From contig JBAYBZ010000001.1 of the NCBI GenBank assembly GCA_041669045.1, forward strand, positions 68,082 through 132,081: a stretch of DNA of 64,000 bases, given 5' to 3'. The position numbers were made by a program, and so were the translations under genes. Positions within the stretch are counted from its first letter, which is position 1. Each line of letters begins with the position of its first letter. Below are positions 27,422 through 38,082 of the stretch, one piece after another. Origin of the DNA: Sulfuricurvum sp. (GTDB taxonomy: Bacteria; Campylobacterota; Campylobacteria; Campylobacterales; Sulfurimonadaceae). The notes under the pieces were generated by a model. That model did not search any database. It saw only the letters and a program-made list of their open reading frames with translations, and was not told where the DNA came from.

Positions 27422-27742
27422 ATGGCAAAATATATTGACTTGACAAATTCAAACTTTGAATCGACAATCGCAAATGGTGTCTCTTTAGTGGACTTCTGGG
27501 CTCCTTGGTGTGGACCTTGTAGAATGATAGCACCAGTGATCGAAGAGCTAGCAAATGACTATGCTGGTAAAGCAAACATCTGTAAAGTAAACACTGATGA
27601 TGAGCAGGAGATCGCTGTCAAATTTGGTATCAGATCTATCCCAACGATTATGTTTTTCAAAGATGGAAAACTAGTAGATCAAGTAGTTGGTGCACAGTCA
27701 AAAGCTGCACTTGCTCAAAAAATCGACGCTCTTTTAGCGTAA
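27422..27742 (+). CDS. trxA: Thioredoxin
   Basis: WAPWCGPCR active site; 106 aa. Confidence 0.92.
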   Translation: MAKYIDLTNSNFESTIANGVSLVDFWAPWCGPCRMIAPVIEELANDYAGKANICKVNTDDEQEIAVKFGIRSIPTIMFFKDGKLVDQVVGAQSKAALAQKIDALLA

Positions 27743-27878
27743 TAGCTGCCACTTTTGTGGCGGTTATCTCTCTCATAAACACTCCTTAAAGATTTTACAA
27801 CTCAAAATCTCTCAAAGTATCTCTTTATCTTAAAGATAGTAATATATACAAATCATAACTTCAATATAGGATTAGCTA

Positions 27879-28823
27879 ATGATACTTGAGTGTGCGATAA
27901 TAGGCGGTGGACCAGCGGGTTTAACTGCGGGACTCTATACAACTCGTGGTGGTATGAAAAATGTCGTAATGTACGAAAAAGGTATGCCAGGTGGGCAGAT
28001 CACACAAAGCTCAGAGATAGAGAACTACCCTGGAGTAGTAGGTGAGATCAGTGGAATGGATCTGATGATCCCATGGCCTGCACAGTGTCAAAAGTTTGGG
28101 TTAGTTCATGAGATGGTGCAAGTTGATCGCGTAAGCAAAGAGGGCGACATCTTTAAGATCCACAAAGAAGATGGAAGCGTTGCAGAGGCTTATAGCGTCA
28201 TAGTTTGTACAGGTGCACTACCTAAAAAAGCGGGCTTTGCGGGCGAAGATGAGCTTTGGGGCAAGGGTGTGAGCACTTGTGCAACTTGCGATGGCTTCTT
28301 TTATAAAAACAAAGATGTAGTGGTGATTGGCGGGGGTGATACCGCCTTAGAAGAGGCACTATATCTTGCTAAGATCTGCTCAAAAGTCTATCTAGTTCAC
28401 CGTAGAGATAAATTTAGAGCAGCACCAAATACAGTTGAAAGGGTGATGAAGAGTGAAAATATCGAGCTAGTTTTAAACTCATCACCGCTTGAGGTTTATG
28501 GCGATGCTATGGGTGTAAATGGGATCAAGGTGCAAAATAGTGCGGGCGAAGTTAGAGACATAGTTGCCCCTGGTGTGTTTATATTTGTAGGTATGGATAT
28601 AAACAACCAGACGCTAAAGCAAGCAGATGAGAGTTTCTTGTGCGATGTAAACCAATACGGCGAAGTGATAGTAGATCTAAAGATGAAAACATCGACTGCG
28701 GGGCTTTTTGCAGCGGGCGATCTTCGTGTTGATGCCCCAAAACAGGTTGTCTGTGCAGCAGGTGATGGTGCAGTTGCAGCACTCTCAGCTATACACTATG
28801 TAGATGGACTTCTTAATGGCTAA
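27879..28823 (+). CDS. trxB: Thioredoxin-disulfide reductase
   Basis: GGGPAG FAD motif, CATCDG redox centre, GGGDTA NADPH motif. Confidence 0.92.
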   Translation: MILECAIIGGGPAGLTAGLYTTRGGMKNVVMYEKGMPGGQITQSSEIENYPGVVGEISGMDLMIPWPAQCQKFGLVHEMVQVDRVSKEGDIFKIHKEDGSVAEAYSVIVCTGALPKKAGFAGEDELWGKGVSTCATCDGFFYKNKDVVVIGGGDTALEEALYLAKICSKVYLVHRRDKFRAAPNTVERVMKSENIELVLNSSPLEVYGDAMGVNGIKVQNSAGEVRDIVAPGVFIFVGMDINNQTLKQADESFLCDVNQYGEVIVDLKMKTSTAGLFAAGDLRVDAPKQVVCAAGDGAVAALSAIHYVDGLLNG

Positions 28824-28824
28824 G

Positions 28825-29592
28825 ATGATAAAAGTTGGGCTTTTGGGAGCTGCTGGGCGAGTTGGTAGACTCCTCATTGATGATCTAAAAGCTACACCAA
28901 ACATAAGTCTAAGCAGTGTTCTTGTCAAAAACTCTCTTGAGTTTGCCATAGATCCATCAATACTCGTGACAAAAGATTATGATCCATTTCTAAATGCTTG
29001 CGATATCGTCATAGACTTCTCGCTTCCTACTGCAAGCGAGCAACTCTTTGAGGCGATTATAAAGAACCCAAAACCCGTAGTAAGTGGCACAACAGGGCTA
29101 AATGAGCATCAACTAAACCTGCTTAGCGAAGTGGCAAAAACATCGCCACTGCTCTATGCGACCAATATGTCACTAGGTGTAGCTCTACTAAATAGACTCG
29201 TACATCAAGCCTCAAGTGTGCTAAAAGAGTTTGATATAGAGATAGTTGAGATGCACCATAGACACAAAAAAGATTCACCTAGTGGAACAGCTCTTACACT
29301 CGCATCAAACGCAGCTACCGCAAGAGGGCTAGATCTAAATAGCGTACGCATAAGCGGACGAGATGGCGACATAGGAGAGCGAAGCGGTAATGAGATCGGC
29401 GTTATGTCCCTAAGAGGTGGCGATATCGTGGGCAGACACACAGTAGGCTTTTATAATAGTGGCGAGTTTTTAGAACTTAACCACACCGCAACATCACGCA
29501 ACACTTTTAGCAAAGGTGCCATAAGAGCAGCTAAATGGCTAGTAAATAAAGAGGCGGGATTATACTCTATCAATGACTGTTTGGAGCTTTAG
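28825..29592 (+). CDS. dapB: 4-hydroxy-tetrahydrodipicolinate reductase
   Basis: MIKVGLLGAAGRVG and EMHHRHKKDSPSGTA motifs. ATG 28825 chosen; ATG 28816 and the track start at 28804 are alternatives. Confidence 0.9.
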   Translation: MIKVGLLGAAGRVGRLLIDDLKATPNISLSSVLVKNSLEFAIDPSILVTKDYDPFLNACDIVIDFSLPTASEQLFEAIIKNPKPVVSGTTGLNEHQLNLLSEVAKTSPLLYATNMSLGVALLNRLVHQASSVLKEFDIEIVEMHHRHKKDSPSGTALTLASNAATARGLDLNSVRISGRDGDIGERSGNEIGVMSLRGGDIVGRHTVGFYNSGEFLELNHTATSRNTFSKGAIRAAKWLVNKEAGLYSINDCLEL

Positions 29593-29657
29593 AGAGGTTG
29601 TGCTAAATTTTATTTTAGCTACTTTTTGTATAATTTTAGCTCCAAAAGGAGTATAAA

Positions 29658-31013
29658 ATGCTTGATGGTATCAACGAGAAGTGTGCAGTAGCTGGCATAC
29701 ATGGCAACGAAGAGGCTGCAAAGCTTGTTTACTTGGCACTCCACGCCCTACAACATCGTGGACAAGAAGCAGCTGGGATCAGTGCGGCAGATGGCAAAAC
29801 CATCAGAACCATCAAAGATCGAGGACTTGTACTAAATGTCTTTGATGAGAAAAATTTAGAAACGCTAAAAGGTAGTAGTGCCATAGGTCACACACACTAC
29901 TCTACATCTGGCAGTGACTCCATCATCGAGGCTCAACCTGTTTTTGCTCGCTACGACCTAGGAGAGATGGCGATCGTACAAAATGGAAGCCTCACAAACG
30001 CAAAAGAGGTGCGAGACAACCTCATCAAAATCGGCTCTATATTTCAAACATTTATGGACACCGAAAACCTGATCCACCTCATCGCAAAAAGCAAAAAACA
30101 TCGCCTACTTAGCCGTATAAAAGATGCACTAGACAAGACAGAAGGAGCGTACGCTCTTATCTTTTTAAGCAGATCTAAGATGTTTGCAGCAAGAGATCGC
30201 TACGGTTTAAAGCCGCTAAGTCTTGGTAAACTTAAAAATGGTGGCTATATAGTTGCTAGTGAGAGCTGTGCTTTTGATCTAGTGGGTGCGAAATTTATCC
30301 GTGATGTAGCACCTGGTGAGCTACTAATCTTTGAGGGAACAAAAGAGCCAAAAAGTATTCAACTATTTGAGCCAAACCCAAAACATTGTGTCTTTGAGTA
30401 TGTATATTTTGCTAGACCAGACTCATTTACCTTTGGACAAAATGTCTATACTACGCGTAAAAATATGGGCAAAGAGCTTGCTCGCATCGCTCCCATTGAT
30501 GCTGATATGGTAGTTCCTGTTCCAGATAGTGGCGTTGCAGCGGCGATTGGCTATGCTGAAGCAAGTGGCATACCTTTTGAGATGGCGATCATTCGTAACC
30601 ACTACATAGGGCGAACTTTTATAGAGCCAACACAAGCGATGAGAGATCTAAAAGTGAAAATGAAACTCTCCCCTATGAGCGAGTTTATAAAGGGTAAAAA
30701 ACTAGTTGTCATTGATGACTCCATCGTTAGAGGCACCACCTCAAAACGCATAGTGCGTATGCTAAAGGAGGCGGGTGCAGCAGAGGTTCATATGCGGATC
30801 TCTTCACCTCCAACAACAGATCCATGCTACTACGGGGTCGATACTCCAAGCAAGAAAAATCTCATCGCGGCAAATATGACAAATGATGAGATATGTAAGT
30901 TTATAGAGGCGGATTCACTCGCATTTTTAGATGCCGACTCACTTCTTAGAAGCGTAAATTCTACGGGTGATAACTACTGCACGGCTTGTTTTACGGGTAA
31001 ATATATAATTTGA
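29658..31013 (+). CDS. purF: Amidophosphoribosyltransferase
   Basis: N-terminal catalytic Cys context (KCAVAGI) and PRPP motif VVIDDSIVRGTT. Confidence 0.92.
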   Translation: MLDGINEKCAVAGIHGNEEAAKLVYLALHALQHRGQEAAGISAADGKTIRTIKDRGLVLNVFDEKNLETLKGSSAIGHTHYSTSGSDSIIEAQPVFARYDLGEMAIVQNGSLTNAKEVRDNLIKIGSIFQTFMDTENLIHLIAKSKKHRLLSRIKDALDKTEGAYALIFLSRSKMFAARDRYGLKPLSLGKLKNGGYIVASESCAFDLVGAKFIRDVAPGELLIFEGTKEPKSIQLFEPNPKHCVFEYVYFARPDSFTFGQNVYTTRKNMGKELARIAPIDADMVVPVPDSGVAAAIGYAEASGIPFEMAIIRNHYIGRTFIEPTQAMRDLKVKMKLSPMSEFIKGKKLVVIDDSIVRGTTSKRIVRMLKEAGAAEVHMRISSPPTTDPCYYGVDTPSKKNLIAANMTNDEICKFIEADSLAFLDADSLLRSVNSTGDNYCTACFTGKYII

Positions 31014-31972
31014 GAGAGCAGATCTACACCTTTGGCGAGTACCTAAGAGAGAAGTTTGGGCATAAAGTGTTCAAAGTTGGCATCAACATATCGGGCTTTA
31101 CATGCCCAAACATCGACGGTACTGTTGCAAAGGGTGGATGCAGTTTTTGCGAAAATGAGTCCTTTAGTGCAAGTAGCGGTAAGACGCAAGATCTAAAGGG
31201 CTTTTATCTAAATCTGAGCTCCAAAGAGAACCCATTTTTAGACAGACAGTTAGCTCAACTTGAGTTTCAGTTTAACGCTATTAGCAGGGCTCAAAGAGAT
31301 CGCTACGGTGCTAAAAACTTCATAGTCTATTTTCAGTCATTTACCAACACTTACGCACCATTTGAGACGCTAAAAGCACTCTATGAAAAGGCACTTAGTT
31401 TTGATGGTGTAGTGGGGCTTAGTATAGGCACTAGAAGTGATAGCATAAGCGAAGAGACGCTTTTTTATCTCGCGGGTCTTGCTAAAACCAAAGAGATCTG
31501 GATCGAGTTTGGCATACAGTCGGTTTATGATACTACGCTTGATCGCATCAACCGTGGGCATAGTGCACAAAATGTCAAAGAGTGGGTGTTGAGGGCAAAA
31601 GAGGCGGGACTTAATGTGTGCGGGCATCTTATATTTGGCCTGCCAGATGAGAGCAAAGAGATGATGCTTCACACCGCCAAAGAGGCGTATAGCTGGGGGA
31701 TTGACTCTGTAAAGTACCACCCGCTATATGTGGTGAAAAAAACCGCACTAGGCAATGAGTATATGCGAGGCGAGTTTAGCCCCATAAGTGAAGATCTCTA
31801 CCTTGAAGTGCTTTATGAGGCACTAAAACTTAAGCCAAAACGCGTGAGTGTTCAACGCATCACCGCAGGCATCGATGACGCGAGCTTGTTAGCCCCACAG
31901 TGGTGTAGAGATAAAAAAACACAAGTAAAAAAGATAAATAACTATCTAAAAAGGTATAACCTAAAGTATTGA
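31010..31972 (+). CDS. Radical SAM protein, TIGR01212/YhcC-like family
   Basis: CPNIDGTVAKGGCSFC cluster motif. ATGA-type overlap with purF. Confidence 0.8.
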   Translation: MREQIYTFGEYLREKFGHKVFKVGINISGFTCPNIDGTVAKGGCSFCENESFSASSGKTQDLKGFYLNLSSKENPFLDRQLAQLEFQFNAISRAQRDRYGAKNFIVYFQSFTNTYAPFETLKALYEKALSFDGVVGLSIGTRSDSISEETLFYLAGLAKTKEIWIEFGIQSVYDTTLDRINRGHSAQNVKEWVLRAKEAGLNVCGHLIFGLPDESKEMMLHTAKEAYSWGIDSVKYHPLYVVKKTALGNEYMRGEFSPISEDLYLEVLYEALKLKPKRVSVQRITAGIDDASLLAPQWCRDKKTQVKKINNYLKRYNLKY

Positions 31973-31979
31973 GTGAAAA

Positions 31980-32729
31980 ATGAAGAGACTTTTATACCCC
32001 ATCATCTTAGCCATATTTTTTAGTGCATGCAGTAGCAAAACACCCTATACTAACAGATCTCAAATGATATTTATCTCTCAAAAAGAGGAGTTTAAACTCG
32101 GTGAAGAGTCTTATAAAAAAGCACTTAGTGAGTCTGAAATAGTCTCATCTGGAGCGGAGTTTGAGAGAGTAAAACGAGTAGCTACTCGCATAGCAGATGC
32201 TACTGCTATGAGTGAGTTTAAGTGGGAGTTTAACCTTGTCAAAGATGATCTAGCAAACGCCTACTGCCTCCCTGGTGGTAAGATCGTAGTCTACACAGGC
32301 ATACTAAAATATGCTCACAATGATGATCAGCTAGCAACAGTCATCTCACACGAAGTAGCCCATGCACTCGCACGCCATGGGGCGGAGCGAATGAGTCAAG
32401 CGATGATCCAACAAAGTGTTGGAGCAGTTGGAGATCTAGCCCTTAGCATCTTCTCGCCTCAAACAAGAGGAGTTTTTAACCAAGTCTATGGAGTAGGCAC
32501 AAACCTAGGTGTAATGCTACCTTATGGAAGAATGCAAGAGAGCGAAGCGGACGAAATAGGCATACATCTTATGCACCAAGCAGGCTACAACATACACGAG
32601 GCGGTGAAGTTTTGGGAAAATATGAGTAGCGGTGGCGGTAGCAAAACCCCACAGTTTCTCTCAACTCACCCAAGCTCAAGCACTCGCATAGAGGATATCA
32701 AAAAAGTGATCAACCGCATAGGTCAGTGA
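31980..32729 (+). CDS. M48-family zinc metallopeptidase lipoprotein
   Basis: Lipobox FFSAC and HEVAHALARH (HExxH) with a downstream ESEADEIG. Confidence 0.8.
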   Translation: MKRLLYPIILAIFFSACSSKTPYTNRSQMIFISQKEEFKLGEESYKKALSESEIVSSGAEFERVKRVATRIADATAMSEFKWEFNLVKDDLANAYCLPGGKIVVYTGILKYAHNDDQLATVISHEVAHALARHGAERMSQAMIQQSVGAVGDLALSIFSPQTRGVFNQVYGVGTNLGVMLPYGRMQESEADEIGIHLMHQAGYNIHEAVKFWENMSSGGGSKTPQFLSTHPSSSTRIEDIKKVINRIGQ

Positions 32730-33277
32730 GCATCGACCTCAAATGTGTAGTTGATACTATTAAAATAAGCTGGATATGGCAAGTAGATCTCAAAACGCAT
32801 AGCTTGATCTGGCTTTAGGTTTCTAGCGACTTCTATGCTACCCTCAACACTTTGGGGCTTTAGCTCATCATAGACGCCTTTGTTGGAGCTTTTGCCAAAA
32901 AAGCTATCGGTATTGAAGTGGTTTACCCCACCACCTCGCCAACTATCCGCCTTAGTGGCACCATTTTTTAGTTTTAGCTTTAGATCTACCTTGCCTATGG
33001 GGTGAGAGCCTATATTCTCTACATAACCACTAAAGACGATCTGCTCTGTGTTTATAATGTTGCGATGTTTGACGCCATAAACTCTAACTTTTTTGGTCTT
33101 TGCATCTACTAAATGGATCATCGCCACAAGAGATACCGTAGTGAGAATAAGAAGAGCCATATAGTAGTAAAACTTCCCTCTTAGATCCAGATAGTATACA
33201 AGAGCCACCCCCACAGTAGCGAGCAAAAGAACAGACAAAGCACCAACATAGTGCCACACATTTAGAAGTGTCTGCAT
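32723..33277 (-). CDS. Two-TM membrane protein with beta-rich C-terminal domain (DUF2393-like?)
   Basis: Architecture only; paralogous layout to the upstream neighbour. Confidence 0.45.
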   Translation of the reverse strand: MQTLLNVWHYVGALSVLLLATVGVALVYYLDLRGKFYYYMALLILTTVSLVAMIHLVDAKTKKVRVYGVKHRNIINTEQIVFSGYVENIGSHPIGKVDLKLKLKNGATKADSWRGGGVNHFNTDSFFGKSSNKGVYDELKPQSVEGSIEVARNLKPDQAMRFEIYLPYPAYFNSINYTFEVDAH

Positions 33278-33780
33278 TTCGCCTCCATTTTTGCATAAAA
33301 CTCACCATCATAGCTAAATGGCTCGATAAGAAGCTTTATATCCTCTACGCCACCTTGTGCGAGATCTTTTATGATGATCGACTCTTTTGCTATATATTTG
33401 TAGCTTTGTAGGAGGTTTTTGTATCTATTTTCTAGTTTTTTATGAAGAGTAGCCTCTACCTTGCATTCGCTAAAGTCAAACTTAGAGTCATTATATAGCT
33501 TCGCTTTTAGCACCACCGCCTTAGTAAATGTGAGCTTTTTAGTCTCCACAATCTCAACACGGCTTTTAAACAAGTAAGCATGTAGATAGTCATACGCAAA
33601 ATATGATCCGCCCACCAACGCCATAGCACCAAACATAAACAGAAGTAGAGCCAAAAATGGGCGTTTTCGCAACAAAAAAGTTACCAAAAGTAGAAGCAGA
33701 GCTACTAAAAATATAGCCCCAAAGAGCAAGTAGTCATAAAGCAAAAACCCTTGCAATAGCTCTTTTGCACTTTGTAGCAC
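33262..33780 (-). CDS. Two-TM membrane protein with beta-rich C-terminal domain (DUF2393-like?)
   Basis: Architecture only; overlaps the next gene by 16 nt. Confidence 0.45.
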   Translation of the reverse strand: MLQSAKELLQGFLLYDYLLFGAIFLVALLLLLVTFLLRKRPFLALLLFMFGAMALVGGSYFAYDYLHAYLFKSRVEIVETKKLTFTKAVVLKAKLYNDSKFDFSECKVEATLHKKLENRYKNLLQSYKYIAKESIIIKDLAQGGVEDIKLLIEPFSYDGEFYAKMEAKCRHF

Positions 33781-33782
33781 CG

Positions 33783-34451
33783 CTACTTACTCCTAGAGTT
33801 TTTCTCTTCTATACCACTTTGAGCGGTGCGTCTTCTTAGCTCTTGACGCACTAGATCTGGTGAGATCTGCTTTTTAGCTAACGCCACAAGTGTATGGTAG
33901 AGCAGGTCTGCTGCTTCATAGACTATCTCTTTATGATCATCATCTTTGTAGGCAAAGCTAAACTCACCCGCCTCCTCGATCACCTTTTTTAGGATCACAT
34001 TATCATCTGAGTTTAGTAGTTTCGCACTCCATGACTTGCTTGGATCTGCACTTTTTTTCTCTAGTATGGTATGGTAAAGTGCATCTACTACGCCGTAGAT
34101 CTCATCTGTTTTGATACTTGGCTTACTGATACTCTCGCCACTTGAGAGATCTCTAAAAAAGCAACTCTTCCTACCTGTATGACACGCTACGCCGTTTTGC
34201 TTTACTAGCAAAAGAAGAGTATCACCATCACAATCAAGCCTGATGCCTTGCACCTCTTGAGTATAACCGCTACTCTCACCCTTTTGCCAGATGCGGTTTT
34301 TGGTTCTACTAAAGTAGTGAGCAAGCCCGCTTGAGAGTGTAAGATCTAACGCTTCCTTGTTCATATAGGCAAGCATTAGCACCTCTTTTGTGCTATGCTC
34401 TTGCACTACGACAGGCAGAAGTCCACCCACCTTTTGCCAGTCAATTAGCAT
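33783..34451 (-). CDS. hisIE: Bifunctional phosphoribosyl-AMP cyclohydrolase / phosphoribosyl-ATP pyrophosphatase
   Basis: HisI motifs (CDGDTLLLLVKQNGVACHTGRKSCF) followed by the HisE helical domain (EEAGEF..EAADLLYH). Confidence 0.9.
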   Translation of the reverse strand: MLIDWQKVGGLLPVVVQEHSTKEVLMLAYMNKEALDLTLSSGLAHYFSRTKNRIWQKGESSGYTQEVQGIRLDCDGDTLLLLVKQNGVACHTGRKSCFFRDLSSGESISKPSIKTDEIYGVVDALYHTILEKKSADPSKSWSAKLLNSDDNVILKKVIEEAGEFSFAYKDDDHKEIVYEAADLLYHTLVALAKKQISPDLVRQELRRRTAQSGIEEKNSRSK

Positions 34452-35582
34452 CTACTCGCTCACCGATGCTCTAGTTTTGGCATCTTTCATATCTACCCAG
34501 ATATTTGGCGTTGAACCACCTGGGCTTAGGAAGATCTTGGCATCTTTGTTCTCTCTTAGAGCGTCGTTAAACTTACCTTGCACCTTGATCTGCTCAAGCT
34601 GAAGCAGATCTTTTGTGAGTGATTTTGCTACAAGATCATTTGCTTTTGCTTTTGACTCTGCCTCGATTAAGATAGCATCTGCGATACCTTGAGCCTCAAC
34701 CCTAGATTTTTCCGCGATACCCGCAGCTTCAGCCGCTCGCTTAAGTGCATCTTGCTTAGCTCGTTGCACCTCTTGTTCAGCTCGTTGCACCTCTTGTTTT
34801 GCGATCTGAACTCGCTCGATCTGCTCTTTTACACGCTCTGGAAGCACGATCTCTCTTAGTTGCACCGACTGCAGATCTGCTGGCGAGTTCTCAAGTGCAC
34901 TTACACTATCTCTTATGCCCGTCTCGATCTCTGTTGCTATGGTGTTACGCATCTGCGGAAGCATCTCAGCATCATACTTACCCACAACACTTCGCACAAC
35001 ATCTCGTACAACAGGGTTTATGATCTTATCTTCCCAGCTAAAGCCCCAGTTTGAGATGGTTTGAGCCGCAAACTGCGGGTTTAGTCTATACTGAACAGTC
35101 ACCTCGATACTTACAGGAAGTCCCCGCTTATCAAGTACGGCGATAGCTGGTTTGGAGTCCACGCCACTCGCAAAAGTCCCTCGTTCTGCTTCGATACTTG
35201 AAGCGTAGTTTACGATCCTAACCTTTGTATCGACCGCATACACTTTTTGGATAATGGGCACGATAAAATGAAGCCCTGGGAGAAGTGCTTGATCTGAGTA
35301 CTTACCATTTGTACTTAAAATCCCTCGCTCACCCTCTTCTATGATAGTAAAAGGTTTTGCAAGCACCAAAAATAGCACAATGGCTATCACAAAGTAGATA
35401 GCCCCTGCACCTTTTCCACCAAAGTTAAAGTCCATTTTTGGCATCTGTGGCATTTGAGGCCCCTTGTTAGATCCGCCACCATTGCCACCACCACTATTTG
35501 AAGATCCGCCTCTGTTTGACTCGCTTCGCTTTTTGTTAAAGTAGTCGTTCATATCCGAGGCTAGTTTTATATTTTGTTCCAA
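34452..35582 (-). CDS. SPFH/band-7 (prohibitin-like) membrane protein
   Basis: Gly/Ser/Asn-rich N-terminus, one TM, SPFH core, then a C-terminal coiled coil with repeated QEVQRAxQ. Confidence 0.8.
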   Translation of the reverse strand: MEQNIKLASDMNDYFNKKRSESNRGGSSNSGGGNGGGSNKGPQMPQMPKMDFNFGGKGAGAIYFVIAIVLFLVLAKPFTIIEEGERGILSTNGKYSDQALLPGLHFIVPIIQKVYAVDTKVRIVNYASSIEAERGTFASGVDSKPAIAVLDKRGLPVSIEVTVQYRLNPQFAAQTISNWGFSWEDKIINPVVRDVVRSVVGKYDAEMLPQMRNTIATEIETGIRDSVSALENSPADLQSVQLREIVLPERVKEQIERVQIAKQEVQRAEQEVQRAKQDALKRAAEAAGIAEKSRVEAQGIADAILIEAESKAKANDLVAKSLTKDLLQLEQIKVQGKFNDALRENKDAKIFLSPGGSTPNIWVDMKDAKTRASVSE

Positions 35583-35596
35583 TTCACTCTCCGTTT

Positions 35597-36517
35597 TTAG
35601 TCTATATATGTAAGATAGTGCTCATACTTTTTGTTTCTGCCAAACACCGCATCAAAGTAGGTATCTTGCAGTTTCTTAGTCATCTCACCACGACTTCCAG
35701 ATCCAATATCTCTTGCATCTATGTGCCTAACTGGTGTGATCTCCGCCGCAGTTCCTGTCAAAAATGCCTCATCAGCGATGTATAACTCCTCTCTACTTAT
35801 GCGACGGCGTTCTACCTTAATGCCCAGATCTTGTGCCATCTCAATGACTGTTTTTTGTGTGATCGACTCAAGCGAGTTATCATTTGGTGGAGTTATAAGC
35901 ACACCATTTCTCACCATAAAAAACGCTGCTCCGCTAGCTTCAGCTACATAGCCTTGGTCATCTAAAAGCAGTGCTTCATCATACCCGCACTCCACTGCTT
36001 CATACTTTGCAAGTTGCGAGTTTAGGTAGTTTGCAGTTGCTTTTGCTTTGCCCATAGCAGATGTGTTTGATGGGCGGTTTATGGAGACTATCTTTAGCTT
36101 GATCCCTTTTTGCATACCCTCTTCACCGAGGTAAGCTCCCCACTCCCACGCAGCAATAGCCGTCTCAACAGGTGCATTTTTGTGGTAAAGCCCCATCACG
36201 CCATAGCCCAAAAACACAAATGGTCTAAGATAGACATTATCGCCACTAAACTCATTTTTGCGGATAAGCTCCACTTGAGCGAGGTTAAGCTCTTCTAGTG
36301 AGTGTTCTACATTTAAAAGCGTCATTTTGGCAGACTCCAAAAGCCTTTTTGTGTGATCATTTAGCCTAAAGATCGCGTATCCTCGATCGGTTTTGTAGCA
36401 CTTTGTACCCTCGATAACACCGTTTCCATAGTGAAGCGTGTGAGTTAGTACATGCACTTTTGCATCGTCCCATGCAACAAATTTTCCATTCATCCAAATA
36501 TATTTGGCTGCATTCAT
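35597..36517 (-). CDS. ilvE: Branched-chain amino acid aminotransferase
   Basis: Class IV aminotransferase pattern (WMNGKFV, HYGNGVIEG, EASGAAFF, LTGTAAE). Start at ATG 36517. Confidence 0.9.
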   Translation of the reverse strand: MNAAKYIWMNGKFVAWDDAKVHVLTHTLHYGNGVIEGTKCYKTDRGYAIFRLNDHTKRLLESAKMTLLNVEHSLEELNLAQVELIRKNEFSGDNVYLRPFVFLGYGVMGLYHKNAPVETAIAAWEWGAYLGEEGMQKGIKLKIVSINRPSNTSAMGKAKATANYLNSQLAKYEAVECGYDEALLLDDQGYVAEASGAAFFMVRNGVLITPPNDNSLESITQKTVIEMAQDLGIKVERRRISREELYIADEAFLTGTAAEITPVRHIDARDIGSGSRGEMTKKLQDTYFDAVFGRNKKYEHYLTYID

Positions 36518-36612
36518 TAAAATCTCCAAAAAATAGTGTGATATTTTAGCCAAAATGGTGTTTATATTGCATTAAACCTAGCACCGAAGCGAAACTACTA
36601 ACATTATTTTGA

Positions 36613-36618
36613 TATAAT
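36613..36618 (+). promoter_or_regulatory. -10 box TATAAT upstream of glnA
   Basis: TATAAT 26 nt upstream of ATG 36644, with a GGAG Shine-Dalgarno between them. Confidence 0.3.
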
Positions 36619-36643
36619 TTTGAAAAAATATGGAGATGCCAAA

Positions 36644-38074
36644 ATGGGTAAATTTGTACAAGATATTGACGATTTTTTTGAGTTTTGCAAAGAGCATGAT
36701 GTTGGGTTTGTAGATCTTCGCTTTAGTGACCTCAAGGGGACTTGGCACCACATCACATACCGTATGAGTGCTATAAACCGCGACAATCTTATAAACGGTT
36801 TTCCTTTTGATGGCTCATCGATCCACAAGTGGCAACCTATAAACAGATCTGACATGATCCTACTTCCAGATATCCCAACTGCATTTTTAGACCCATTTAC
36901 TGCTGATCCTACTATCATTATATTTTGCGATGTTTATGACATCTACAAAGCTCAAATGTATGAAAAATGTCCTAGATCTATTGCAAAAGCAACACTAAAA
37001 CATGCTGAGTCACTCGGGCTAGCAGATGAGGCATACTTTGGGCCAGAAAATGAGTTTTTTGTCTTTGATGATATTCGTTTCATCGACACAATGAGTGAAG
37101 CAGGATACAAGATCGACACCGAAGAGGGCGATTGGAACTCCAACAAAAAGATGCAAGACTCCTATAACACAGGGCATCGTGGGGGCGTAAAAGGTGGATA
37201 CTTCCCCGTAGCACCTATCGATACTATGGTAGATCTAAGAGCTGAGATGATGCAGGTTTTAGAGCAAGTTGGACTAGAGGTGATCTTAGGGCATCATGAA
37301 GTGGGGCAAGCTCAAGGCGAGATCGGCATAGTTTACTCTGACATGATAACCGCAGCTGATAATGTCCAAAAACTAAAGTATGTCGTAAAGATGGTAGCTC
37401 ATCTAAATGGCAAAACCGCCACTTTTATGCCTAAACCGCTCTTTGGTGAAAATGGCAACGGTATGCATGTTCATCAGTCGCTGTGGAAGGGTGGCAAAAA
37501 CCTATTTTATAAAGAGGGAGAGTATGCAAATCTCTCAAAGATGGCAATCAACTATCTTGGTGGGATCTTCAAACACGCTCACTCACTCTCAAGCTTAACA
37601 AACCCAAGCACAAACTCCTATAAGAGGCTTATACCAGGGTTTGAAGCACCAAATATCCTAACATACTCTATGCAAAACAGATCTGCGAGCTGTCGCATAC
37701 CTTATGGTGCAAGCGAGCACTCCACTCGCTTAGAGCTTCGCTTCCCTGACTCAGCGGCTTGTCCATATCTAGCTTTTTCAGCTCTACTTATGGCGGGGCT
37801 TGATGGGATCAAAAATGGCTACACTCCAGAGGGTCCAATGGACGAAAACCTCTTCAAACTAACGCTTGATGAGATCAGAGAAAAAGGAATTCGTCAGATG
37901 CCTCACACTCTAAGAGAAGCCACAGAAGCACTCATCGCGGACAATGAGTACCTAAAGCCTGTCTTTAGCGATCTATTTATCCGCGACTATCAACACTATA
38001 TGTTTGAACGCCAAATCTGGCCAGATGAGAAACGCCCAACCGCGTATGAGTTTAAGAGTACATACAACTGCTAG
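36644..38074 (+). CDS. glnA: Glutamine synthetase type I
   Basis: [30 protein letters not shown] and [13 protein letters not shown] motifs. Confidence 0.92.
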   Translation: MGKFVQDIDDFFEFCKEHDVGFVDLRFSDLKGTWHHITYRMSAINRDNLINGFPFDGSSIHKWQPINRSDMILLPDIPTAFLDPFTADPTIIIFCDVYDIYKAQMYEKCPRSIAKATLKHAESLGLADEAYFGPENEFFVFDDIRFIDTMSEAGYKIDTEEGDWNSNKKMQDSYNTGHRGGVKGGYFPVAPIDTMVDLRAEMMQVLEQVGLEVILGHHEVGQAQGEIGIVYSDMITAADNVQKLKYVVKMVAHLNGKTATFMPKPLFGENGNGMHVHQSLWKGGKNLFYKEGEYANLSKMAINYLGGIFKHAHSLSSLTNPSTNSYKRLIPGFEAPNILTYSMQNRSASCRIPYGASEHSTRLELRFPDSAACPYLAFSALLMAGLDGIKNGYTPEGPMDENLFKLTLDEIREKGIRQMPHTLREATEALIADNEYLKPVFSDLFIRDYQHYMFERQIWPDEKRPTAYEFKSTYNC

Positions 38075-38082
38075 GAGGAGTT

